Shown here one piece after another: positions 24,781-36,364 of a stretch of 64,000 nt of DNA. Source of the stretch: Podarcis melisellensis (Eukaryota). Made by a program: the position numbers and the translations under genes. Under the pieces are notes generated by a model that worked only from the letters and a program-made list of their open reading frames with translations, did not search any database and was not told where the DNA came from. The stretch lies in NCBI GenBank assembly GCA_964234715.1, contig OZ174276.1; one strand, 5' to 3'. The number at the start of each line of letters is the position of its first letter. Position 1 is the stretch's first letter.

Positions 24781-26231
24781 CTGAATATGGGTACTACTGC
24801 TAATCTCTTTAGCATGAATAATGCCTTTCCCCAATCTTTTTAGCTTCATAACTCAGCAATTTTCATGCCCTGACTTGCAGAACAATAAAATGAATCAGGA
24901 AAGTAGGCCAACTGCCTTTCATGTCTGTTTTGTCAATCCAATTTATCAGCAGCCAAGCTTAGAATGCTCCTGCTTATTGTCTTTCTTGACATTAAGAGAA
25001 AACTCTTTTCCCCACAGAAGCATTCAAGAAATTTTTATTGCTCCTTTCTTTTTCAGTATATTTGGAATTAATAGATTATCCTGCAGTGTAGAATTTTAGA
25101 AAACGGAATAAGGAGGCGGGGGGAGCAAGCCATACGATAGCTGAATGGCAACTTGGATTTCATGTGGCCAGATTTCCTTGCAGAATTCCTGTAGTTAAGG
25201 CTGATCTATACAAATCCATTGTTGTGGCCATGAGCTTAGCATTAGTAGAAACAACAAAACCCCTATTCCCCAAATTCCAATTAAAAAACCACAAATTCGA
25301 ATGCTAAAATGAAGACACAAAGAAAGCTTCAGAGAACCTTCTCCACATGCGTGGAGAGGCTGGCAATCTTCTTTAACCCACACAGTCATATCCAGTGTCA
25401 GTGTGGACTCCAGATTACAACTTTGGCTTTAAAAGGCAGAAGAAAAAATGGACGGTGGTTTTTTAAAAATGTCTGTCACTCACAGGCTACAGTGAAGCTC
25501 CCCACCTATGCATGACAACTGTGTGGGTGTCCATGCGGTGCTCTAGCATTGCCCCTAAAGGCAGAGAGAGTGCTGGACTCAGGCCTCAGACGCTTTTAAG
25601 GTCCTAGCTGCTATCATCATTATATTCTCATAGAGATGAGCAGAATGAATGATATACTAATGATATGCTACTAAAATACCCAGGAAGTACCTGTGAATGG
25701 TATTTGGGCTATTTATTGGCTAACACAAACAAAATAATGTAATGAAACAATTTGGAATGGAAGATCTCTCTTTTCTGCTGCATAGAACCATAAAGGGATT
25801 GTGTCAGTTTACTTGGTATCTTGATTTGTTTTCATCGTACCATATACAGTATTTTAAATCAGTGAATATTAGAAACTGTATGATTTTGGCATTTTAATTT
25901 GCTTGTACTGGGTCTGTGATAGTATAATAAAACTTGTTGTAGTGGTTGATTATATCCTCTCTCTCTCTCACTCTCACACAGGAAAAATGGTCATTTGTCT
26001 GAATATTTTTAAAATGGCTGTTCAGTGTGTAGGAACATAGGAAACAGCCTTATATAACAAGTCAGACCATTGGTCTACCTAGCTCAATAAGCTGATCTTC
26101 TACCCCCTGAGCCACAACCCTTAAATGTAGAGATAAAACAAGTATAAACTTGGTAGCAAGCACTTGGAGGAAGACACTTCTTGCCTTTGTAACAATGACA
26201 TCCTTAAGAAGTTGGAGAAAGAAAGGGAAAT

Positions 26232-26261
26232 TTAAGGTTAGGGTTAGGGTTAGGGTTAGAG
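26232..26261 (+). repeat. Short interstitial telomere-like repeat: TTAAGG (TTAGGG)3 TTAGAG
   Basis: Seen directly; perfect units at 26238-26255. Confidence 0.8.
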
Positions 26262-26354
26262 ACATGATGCAGATTGCGGAAGCTATCCTATGAGGTGAGT
26301 GACAATAAATGTACCATTCCCCATCCCTTTGACAACTCAGATATCAGACCACAG

Positions 26355-26551
26355 TTTATGTACTTATTACATTTATAACCTTCCACTAAGAAGCTCAGGC
26401 CAGCATACACTGGTCTTCCTGCCCCACTTCTTATCCTCACAACAACCCTGTGAGGGAGGTTAGGTTGAGAGATAGCAGCTGGCCCAAGACTCTACGTATA
26501 ATGAATGAGGTTTTGAACTCAGGTCTTCCTGATCCTAGTCTGACATTCTAA
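26355..26551 (-). mobile_element. CORE/MIR-like SINE
   Basis: ttatcctcacaacaaccctgtgagg core plus reverse B-box ttttgaactcagg and reverse A-box ctaaccac. Confidence 0.7.
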
Positions 26552-28685
26552 CCACGCTGCCTCCCACTGTTCTTCAGAAGTTTGTAACATATACACAAAT
26601 CTCCAACTTAGGCCCCCGGTATGCTAGCAAAGAGCAAGTTAGCTCTAAACTGAGAGAAGAAACCCATTTCACCATCCTACAATTGTAGCACGAGGTCATG
26701 ATTGAGACATATTTTCATGGGCAGTGTTGTACATCAGCTTCTTTGCTGCTAAGTGCTCCTGACTAGAGGTTTTGGATTTTATTCCATCTCTGTGTTTTTA
26801 TATAAATATTCCTCCAGGATGTATTTGAAGAGCAGCCACAGATGTTCATAGCAAAGACCAAGGGCAGATTAGATTAAGAGAGAACTAACATTCATGAGGG
26901 GAAATTCCTGCCAAACTTCTAATGCCTCTGGCTATTGTTATTTTGAGTTTGTTATCGGAGAATGATTTATTTTAAAATACCAGCAACAGTTGCTCAGCTG
27001 GCAAACCACAGGGGCTCACTATTAATTGCCCATATTATATTTAGACTGGATTCTGAATATCCAAAGTCCATAATCTACACTAATATCCACATAACCCAAA
27101 AGCAATTGCAATTTCTCTTTGAACACTGACTCCCTGTTTTCTAAGTATTTGAAGGGCGGACAGTTACAGGGGGATGGGACACATGTAAGTTTGTGGAGGA
27201 CATGCTTATGAGAAAGAAATGATGTATGCATGCATTTATGCACGTGAGAAGAAGCAATGATGAACATTATTATGGAGGAGAAAGCTAAAGTGTGGCTTTG
27301 AGTTTGGGGGCTGAGGTGTGGGGCAAGGACTGGGGGCCAGTGCAGCATGAAGACTCTGTCCATCAGCTTATCACATCGTATAATTTCAAGGGCCAATGCT
27401 GGAATGGCATCAGGGCCACTTCTGCATTCCTGGTTCCCATGGTGCTCCATGTTTCAACATTCATACAGAGGGAGTCACCTGAGTACCAACACCATTGCCT
27501 TCCTCTGAGGTCAATGACGCTGGCAAGGAAAGTTGGTCTGAGCAGCATGGGAGCCTACCATGTGGTTGCGATTCCCAGCAAATTTTGGTCAGATACTCTG
27601 ATCCCAAAGTATAGCAAAAATTAAGACCACCCATGAATGGATTGTTGTGAAAAAGAAAAATCAGATAAGTGTCAATAAGCTGTATTAATATACTGTTGTT
27701 TACTTTATAAAGAAAAGCAGCACTGAGGGTGGGAATTTGGAGAAGAGACCAGGCAAGGCTTAGGGTTTTTTCCCCTTCTCGCTCATTCCTTCTTTGTTCC
27801 AAATTGCCCATGCAGGCACTTTCTATCTCCTTCTCTTTGCAGTTCCAAATACAAGTTTGCCAGGGGGAACAGGCAATTGGAAGTGTGCAGGGGGAAAGAA
27901 GTTAGGAGAGTGATTTGGAGTGGAGAAGTGACAGAGAATGCACAGGTTCCCCTTACAGCAAAGCTGGGCAAACTGCTGGCCCTCTGAATGTTGTTGGACC
28001 ACAACTCCCAAAATCACTAGCCATGCTGGCTGAGTCTGATGGGAGTTGGAGTCCAACAGGTTCCCCCACCCTGCCTAGTGACCTCACAGATGACGTCTAT
28101 CTTCTTTTTGATAATTGTAACCACCAGAACTATAGAACTAGAAGTGGCCTTTAATTTCTCATTACTGCTTGTACAGGCAGATTTTTGGCACCGAGATGTA
28201 ATCGTAATACTGCATTGCCATTTTTTTCTGGTGCTTGCCAATCTGTGTTGAAACAGATAGAGATGACCGGCTCACCACAGCACTCTGCACAGCACATGCT
28301 TGCTCTTCACTTAGCTATCACAAACCAGATGAATGCATTTTTGTGCTTTAGAATTATTATATCTCATTTTGAAACTCATCCCCAAGTTTACTAGGTAGAT
28401 GGCAGAACAATCCAAACATGCAATCCAAACATGCAATCCACTGCCCCAGAGTGGAAGATATGCCTCTTCATTTGGCGTGAGGGGGGGAGAGCAAACTCTA
28501 GTCCACCCACTGGTTCCCCACTGCACTCACTAAAAGCAGTTGGTGGTAGTCAGTGTAAACCCTTAGAAAGGGACATTCCTGTGTGGGGAAGGGGTAAGGG
28601 GTCTAATCTGGACCTCTCTGCTGAACCAGTCAAGAGCTAGCACAGCAAAACCCGTCTGGGTATTAGGATTGCTCCTTCAAGTTAC

Positions 28686-28842
28686 ATTACCTAACCACTT
28701 TTTTTAAAAAATATTTTTTATTGCTTTTTAAAATACATACATATCACAAACATACTTACACAGCCAAGAAAGAAAGAAAAAAAAAGAAAAACGAAAAACG
28801 AAACATATAATACATAAAAACATAGATTACCTAACCACTTTT
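28686..28842 (-). mobile_element. Short 5'-truncated L1-type retro-insertion (about 123 bp) with 17-bp TSD
   Basis: Direct repeat ATTACCTAACCACTTTT at 28686-28702 and 28826-28842. On the minus strand the insert is T-rich, followed by AATAAA and an A-rich end. Confidence 0.75.
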
Positions 28843-30826
28843 GATCATACAAACAGAGTTGGTGAATGGGGACGAAAGGTTAGGATTTGTTTTTTGGATA
28901 AATGGAATGCTTTAGAAAGTGTCCTCAGAATCCTACAGCCTCTGTGTTTTAAAGAAATCTAGATAATTAATATGTCCTCACAGTCACAAAAATCACAAAG
29001 CACTAGTGAGGTCTATATGAACAAGAGAGTCTAGAATTTTTACCCCTAGTGCACAATCTTTCCTAATTTTAATCTAAAATTATGCTTGACTGACAGGACA
29101 TACTCAACGGATAATTTTAACACTTTTAAAAGCAGAAAATGTAGCACATCATGACTTCATTAACTGGCAAAAATCTAGGGAGTTTGGAAGATCCAGCTAT
29201 ATCACGCACAAATTATGATTCAGGTGCCAGAGGCAAAATAATATGTGATTGGGGAAAAGAGAATCTCTACCTCCTACACTCTCTCTAACTCTAGCACCAC
29301 AGTTTTTCATCCTTCTCTGCTTCAGTTTTATTCAAAACAGCTCCTGCGTTTCACCCTTCCCTTCTAAACAATTGATTTAATTTCTCTCTTTAAAAAAACA
29401 ACAACCAAAAAAGCCTAGACAAGGCCACTGCTGTGGTTCTAGGGTGCCATTGAACTAAAAATTCCTGCATTCCAGCCTGACAGAAACATTCACCCCAGGC
29501 ACCAGTGTAATTGAATCCCCTAGTCAGAGCCTATAATCAGAAATCCCACACAAGAGGATGAATACTGATTTGTTCTCAGCAGAAGACTTGACACCCCTCT
29601 TCAACTCCCCTGGATTTAACCATTGTTATGCAGATGATAGAGGAAACCAGAATACAGAGAAGCATTTGCAGACCTGAAGGATGACCAGGTGCTAGAGATG
29701 GACGGCGGGAGGAACCTTTGCCACCTCAGAACTGGTGGGAATGGGGAAACATCAAATTTCTCTTACAGATTCCTCTATATACTCTGGGGTTCCCCCTTCT
29801 TATTATTCAAGTATTTATTTCATTCCATTTATGAATCACTAAAACAACTCAAAGCGATTTCACCATAGAAACCTAAACAAAAAAACCTATTTCATGTATG
29901 TCCTCAGCCTCTATCACCATGTGCTGTGCACCCCCACCATTCCTTATGCCCAGGGCACAGGCAACATCTGAGTAGTCTAGAGCAGTCTTCCCCAGCCCTC
30001 TCAATGTCTTCTACACAATAAAGCAATAAACACGGTGTGTCTGCATAGGCAGCATGGAGTTTCAGTCATGATGTAGAATTCCTGCTCTTTCAGGTAAACA
30101 TACACATACACACAGTTTTCAGGTAAACATACACACAGTTTTGCTGCAAATAGGTTGGATAGCTGCAATTGCAGCCTCTTTTAACACTGCCCTTCTATCT
30201 GATGCACAAAGGTACAGGTGGTGCCCTTCCAGAACAACATATGCAACTATGTATATTTAATGTAATTCCAAGCCACCTAAATCCTTGGTTTCAATTGGTG
30301 GTTGGGGACCACGACTGGGTTGTGGCCTGATCCAATGTGGGCTGAAACAGCAGCAATACCGCCATGCAAATATATGGCACAAGGAAAAAAAGGGGGGGAG
30401 AATTGGGTCTCCAAATGCATGTTTAGGTTAAAAGTGGGCACCCTGGGTCTGAAACTACTGACCTAGATAACAGAGAAGCCTTAACAGCATGATGTAGGAA
30501 CTCAGTAACAACGCTGCAAATTGACTGCCATGCCATGATAGAGTAAGTCAGGATAGAGGCAGGCAGGCAAAATTGCACATGGGCACATCAATCTTACATC
30601 ATTTGAAACTGCAATAACCTTTCCCTTTCAGAGAACAGTGTAACCTCTGTCTCTTCACAATGATTTTAACTCCAAGTAGCTTTTCCTTAAGCAACCTGCC
30701 ATGTAATACAGAGTTTTAATTAGAAAAAAAAATTATTATTTTTAAGGCTGTAATGCAGTTTGGCCAATATGTTCTTCCACCTGGAGTTCAATCTGTTTTG
30801 GCTGTGCAGGTCTTTTACCCTCTTAC

Positions 30827-31101
30827 CTCTCACAAATACATAGGTGCTGACTGCAGTGGTGCCCTCGATTTTGGCATTGATGTACTTGTAGTAACAGCGG
30901 TAGTAGCCCGTGTCGTTAGCCTGAGTCCCTGTCAGTGTCAAGACCTTGCAGTAGGGCTTTGTGTCAGTGCCCTCACAATCCTCTTCCTTGACTGTTTGGA
31001 CACCGTCGAGACTCACCAACACCACTGAATCGCTCTCCTTCCCAATCTGGACGGTGTCCTCTTGGCCTCCAGGCCACGACCACTCCAGGGGGTGCTGCCC
31101 T
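30827..31101 (-). CDS. FLT4: FLT4 exon 3 (275 nt): [91 protein letters not shown] (Ig1)
   Basis: Acceptor gtgaag|AGGGCAG (phase fits exon 2 ending AG), donor GAGAG|gtaaga; overlaps ORF 30720..31025. Confidence 0.94.
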
Positions 31102-31991
31102 CTTCACCAGAACAAAAGGAATAACGGAAGCAGAATTAGATGTGATACTATGGCCTTCTATAATAGGTATGGCATTCTAAAATTCCTTTACTACTCCATT
31201 TCTAATGTCCACATTGCAAATTAAGGGATTCGGCTGCATTCCTCCTCTAATACAGAATCATAGAATCCACAAGATAGATGTGGATTGTGGCTAACATGTC
31301 CTATGTACGCTGCTTTCCAAATCAGTGGTAGGAGCACACTGGATGAAGAGTAAATAGGAGGGTGTACACAGCCTAAGTGTGACAACGTCTCACCTGTGCA
31401 GAAAGCTTGACCCTTTCTATCTAGCACACTAAGCATGTAGAAGTGAGAAATATTTAGTGCATGATTCTCAGCATTAATTATTATTTATTACTATAAAAAC
31501 AGCAAATATGGTTGTTGTTTTTCCCAAAAAGTGTCACAAATGTAATGCCACCATGGAGAGAATTGCAGAGCTGCAAGATGTCTCATTGCTTTGCAAGCTT
31601 CTCCACAGTCCAGCACTTCCAGGGTTAAGCCTGTCTCCCAACTTAGAGCTGGAGAAGGAGAGTGGGCCTGCCCTTGCAGCTGTACTGGACCCTGAAGGTG
31701 GGTGAGCATTCCCAAAGTACAGTGAGATGTCACAAGCAAGGACCACTCATCATCTGAGAGGAAGAGGGAAAGTGGTGGTCACTACATTCGTCTGATTACG
31801 AAGGCTGACAGTCCTTGTGTCATCCAACTCACAGAAGTATCCCAGTTAAAGGCTCCCAGCTTCTAGAGATGCTGATAGTTTGGAAAACTGACAATCCACA
31901 ACAGCAAATTCCTCCAGGCACTTTTGCAAGGCAGGCCCATCCTGTTATTTCATGCCACTAATTATATTTGGCTACTGCTTATCTTTGCTGG

Positions 31992-31995
<4 letters not shown>

Positions 31996-32034
<39 letters not shown>
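31996..32034 (+). repeat. (TG)19 microsatellite
   Basis: Seen directly. Confidence 0.95.
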
Positions 32035-32035
<1 letters not shown>

Positions 32036-35013
32036 CATATTCCCTCTTTTCTATTGTGGCAATTACAAGACTCCACTGTACAGTCATATTATCAAACTGC
32101 AGATAGCAGAAGTTCACACTTCTGTCTGAATGCTGACTGATTAGGTACTTGCTTTATCCATGTTGTACAAAGTAAGGCCTGGTAGTACCAGCTTCTTATG
32201 CATCTCTTATTGGAGCTCAGCTGTCAGTTTCCATATGCTCTACTTCTCAGTTCTTGAATAAGAATTGCATGCATCTTTTATATCCTCTCTATAATGAAGC
32301 TGCCCAAGGCATGTTTATGTAGGAATTTGTTTTAAATCTTTTTGTTTAATCTAGGGATGCTTGTGAAGTTATCCTCATATGAATTTCTCCAGAGATTTTT
32401 CTCCAGGGTTCCAGATTACCTAATCATGTTGGCAGAGCTGCACTGATGAGTTAGTGATTAATTTTCTGGGGGTTTTTTCCTGGACTTTCAATGGCTGTGC
32501 ATTGTTACAGTTTTCACTTCAACATAACCCCCTGCCCCGTTTATTAGTTGCCAATGTGCAGACACTGATGAAATCATACCACAAAAAGGAATCCTGATGT
32601 GATTACTTGAACACATCCAGATTCCTTTTTGCACTGTGGTTTTATCAATGCTCATATTCATAGTTGAAATCGCTATGCAAGTATACAATCGCATTGAGAC
32701 TCCTTTTCATGCTGTGGTATAATCAATGCACATGTAAGTTTCTTCACATCAATAACTAGCACAGGACATGTTGGAGATATATGGTACCCCAAAGAGCACA
32801 GAAAACTGAACATGTTCAAGTTATAAAACTAATTTGTATAAATTCTCCAAGTAAAAGTGTGAGGCATGTGGAGTGGAATCAAGGTCAGGATGATAACAAA
32901 ATAGAATGGGGAATATCCAGTCATTCTGGATTCAACGTTTGGACAGGAACTAGCAGTTGGTGTACTGTGCATATTCTACTGCTACTTAGTAAATGAAAAC
33001 CAGTATCATATTACATGTGCAAACAGGCAAAAACTTCAGAGGTTTGCAAAGAAAGTTGGGATGGTTAAGGTAAATTTAAATGCTGCTCACAAGCAACAGC
33101 CAGAACATTCTTCTTTGAGTTACAACATGGACAAACAAATCTATCTCCAATTCACCAGTGAAATCTGAGGAGAGCGTTTGCTTCATACTCATTTGAAATA
33201 ATTATGTTTTATTTCAGAAATCTCCTACTGGCTCCTCCGAGCATCCTCCCAATCATGTTTCCCCCCACGGCCGACATGTTGCATATTTCTGCATTTCAAC
33301 TCCCCCGGCTCTCACTAATGTGAACCATGTCCATTCAGGATGGTCTATGCTCCAGAGCAGAGACTCTGAGGCATAGCTGGGCAAGATTAAAGACGTCTGA
33401 ACAAGTAGGAATTTGATTCAAATTAAGCAGCTGTTGCAGGGAGAAGGTAGTGGAGATGACGGCACTAGGTAAGCAAGAATGATATGGTAAATCTCCTTCT
33501 TGGTGAAACCATTTCGCCCACAAGGCTATTTTCCCCATGTGCCCTACAGCTTGACATCATATACAACATTTAGATGTGGAGCAAGTAAAGAGATGCAGCT
33601 CCCTACTGAAAGCACTGTTTGCAGGAAGCACTGATCAACTGTGTCCACACAACCCTGAGCCATTGTCCGCGCTGTTTGCTTTCAAATCACCCAGACAGAA
33701 CAAGCAGGGTTTGCAGGGATCTTAGTCTGTGGGGTTGAGGCACCAGAGACTGAACTTCTACATGCAATGCATGAGCTCTACCACTGAGCTATGGCTCTTC
33801 CACATCATTGAAAGTTAATGAAAAATGTGGAAGCTGAACTTTGGGGGAGGTAAGTGTTGGTGGGCAGGATAGCCATGCTATTGATGAAGGATATGGGCCC
33901 CATTCTTTTCCAGTGATCTGTTGACCAGCTTTAAGTTGCATTGAATATGTGGTCTGGAAGCAGGAGATAGGAATACTTCCTTCCTGCTGTTTTCATCCTA
34001 GCATGAGGCAGGTTTCTGGTCATATCCCCCTTGGGATTTAAAGATGAGCTGGCTCAAAACAGAGTTAACTGCTTTTTGGGAAGATTCCCTTGGCCAACTC
34101 AAAGAACAGATCAGCCTCTTTGCTTTGGCAAGGGCAGCTTTGCACATAAGAGTTCAGACTGGAAATAAGACACTTTCCTGCTCCCTGTAAGCCTCTGTCA
34201 GATAAATAAAGATATAACCTTAGCATAGTTGCTGCTCTGTCCTTGGGAGGAGGCAATGAAGGAAGGGTTTTACCCAACAGGCTTAGGATAAGGGCATATG
34301 TGCAAAAAGGTAAGTGGGTACATAGTAGGTTGGAGATGTGCACTCAACCATACTAAACTATGCTACATTTTTCAAGGTGCAGATCAGGGTTTCCTGGGGA
34401 AGAAAAGAACAGGCAACACAGGCTTTAGGTAGAAGGAATCTGTGGAAAGTGCAGCTACATGACCACATTGCCTCTGCATGCTTGAACGGGCACTAATTTT
34501 TAGGTCCTGGCTGCATGGTTGCCTGCCACAGCAAAGACCTACAAACCTAATTCCTGTTCCTTCCAAGTAAACTGGTGGAAAGCATGCAATACTAAGATGC
34601 GATTGCTCTTTGTCATGATTACACGCTTTTGAAAGCCCTTTTCATTTCCAAAGCGAATTGCTATGTGGGCTGTTCAAGACTCTTTCAGCATGCAGAGTGA
34701 GTTGCAATGTTCTTTGGCACTCAGCCATTGATAATATATGCCCTCGAACTTGCTTTTGTTGTTGCTTTTTTGAATTTTGGAGCTCAGGTGAAAATAATAC
34801 TAATTCCATGCATTTTCTTGAAAGCCTACTAAAATCCATTGGTCAAATATTACTATAAGCCCTCAAGTGTCTGTAATCAGTAAATGTGGAGGTTGTGATC
34901 ATAATGTATAGTGTTCCCCCTGATTGTATAATAGGCTATGATTGACAGTTCTTGGCTGCCCTGACCCAGTATTCCTCCATCACAAATGGAAAGCCACAAT
35001 TCTGTCCCAAGTA

Positions 35014-35357
35014 CAGTGGTGCCTCGCAAGACAAAATTAATCCGTTCCGTGAGGCTCTTCGTATAGCGGTTTTTTCGTCTTGCGAAGCAAGCCCATTGAC
35101 AGCTTAGCGGATTAGTGCTATTAGCAGTTTAGCGGCTTTTAGCGGCTTATCAGCTTAGCGGATCAGCTGATAAGCGGCTTAGCTGCTTAGAAAAGGGGGG
35201 GGGAGAGGGAAAAACCTGCAGGAACTCGCAAGACATTTTCGTCTTGCGAAGCAAGCCCATAGGGAAATTCGTTTTGCGAAGCGCCTCCAAAACGGAAAAC
35301 CCTTTCATCTAGCGGGTTTTCCGTCTTGCAAGGCATTTGTCTTGCGGGGCACCACTG
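35014..35357. mobile_element. Tc1/mariner (Tigger/pogo-like) MITE, 344 bp
   Basis: 22-bp TIR CAGTGGTGCC(T/C)CGCAAGACAAA with one mismatch; TA on both flanks (35012-13, 35358-59); internal repeats of TTCGTCTTGCGAAGCAAGCCCAT and GCTTAGCG. Confidence 0.9.
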
Positions 35358-35502
35358 TATTCAAACCAGTCAACTTAAGTTCAGCTTTTCTACCAGTCCA
35401 GAAACCAGAAAGAGGTTTCCCACTGAGTGTCTTTGAAAGGTCTTTCAGAATCTTTGGCACAACAGCTGGCAACTGTGAAAGGCACTGTTCTTTTAATCTT
35501 AC

Positions 35503-35599
35503 CTGCAAGTAATATTCAGTGTGTCCTTAGCGTTGATCACGTATTCTTCTTCTGTGATGCTCAGTGTGGGTGGGGTCATAGAATAGCCACTCACTAGAT
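35503..35599 (-). CDS. FLT4: FLT4 exon 2 (97 nt): (D)[31 protein letters not shown](R), signal-peptide end and start of Ig1
   Basis: Acceptor ctccctag|AT, donor TGCAG|gtaag; peptide resembles human [18 protein letters not shown]...SISCR. Confidence 0.95.
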
Positions 35600-35823
35600 C
35601 TAGGGAGAGAAAGAAACAAGTTCATAGTACAGAACAACAGTCACTCATTATTATCTACTCTAGTAGTTCTATCAATCATCCATCATGAGCTAACTACGTT
35701 TGATATTTCAGGTTTGTCTAATTTTATTCACTTCTATATGTGTTTTTCTATTGTTGTTTTATAGGTTTTAGGTTGTGTTTTTGTTTTTGTTTCAGTGTTG
35801 TAATTATACATTGTTCTTTTTTA

Positions 35824-36364
35824 GGGCTTATCCACACTTACCTTTGACCAAACTTCGGGAGGCAGTGGAAGACAGGAGTGCTTGGCGTGCTCTGGTCCAT
35901 GGGGTCACGAAGAGTCGGACACGACTAAATGACTAAACAACAACAACCTGCTATTTCCAGGCACAGGTCCACACTTAAAAGATCAGTGTCTGTGTGTTTT
36001 GTTTTTGTTTTTTGCCCCAAACTAGAGAAGGGACGGCCGGGGAAAAACCTGGAAAACCAGGTTTGCTCCTTGTTTTTTTCCAAACTGGGAGGAAAAAATG
36101 GCTTTGGGCGGAAAAGGGAGGGACTGGTCCCCTCCCCCCAATTTTTCTTCCCCACCCCAGGCCTTCCCATCTCTACCCCAAACCTACTCTTTAGTGCTCA
36201 ACTGGAGCAAATGTCCATTTGGATTGCATTTGCTCTGACTGAGTTTTTAAGAGTGGGAGGGGGAAACTGCAGAGCAAAAAAACCACAAGGGTGCTCAGAC
36301 ACAGAGCTTTAAAGCGCAGATTGTGTCTGGAAAGAGCAGAGGAAAGGTAAGTGTGGATAAGCCC
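35824..36364. mobile_element. PIF/Harbinger-type MITE, interrupted by a BovB fragment
   Basis: Perfect 22-bp terminal inverted repeat GGGCTTATCCACACTTACCTTT; 3-bp TSD TTA (35821-23, 36365-67); inverted similarity resumes after 35946. Confidence 0.85.
35846..35946 (+). mobile_element. RTE-BovB LINE 3' end nested in the left arm of the MITE
   Basis: ggcgtgctctggtccatggggtcacgaagagtcggacacgactaaatgactaaacaacaacaa is the BovB-type 3' terminus with a (CAA)n tail. Confidence 0.88.

Larger units (their letters stand above)
25..35599 (-). other. FLT4: FLT4/VEGFR3 gene, partial (exons equivalent to human 2-13 plus introns); exon 1 and exons 14 onward lie outside the window
   Basis: Twelve minus-strand exons with canonical AG/GT ends splice into one ORF. 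It contains VEGFR3-diagnostic peptides: YSMTPPTL, CEGTDxxPYCKVL, [59 protein letters not shown]. Exon sizes 97/113/163/140/118/155/163/109 match human FLT4 exons 2,4,5,6,8,9,10,12 as recalled. Confidence 0.97.

Noticed and set aside
35090-35190. Short repeated GCTTAGCGG units, superficially array-like
   Set aside because: They are internal repeats of the Tigger-like MITE with no unique spacers; this is not a CRISPR array, and the DNA is vertebrate.
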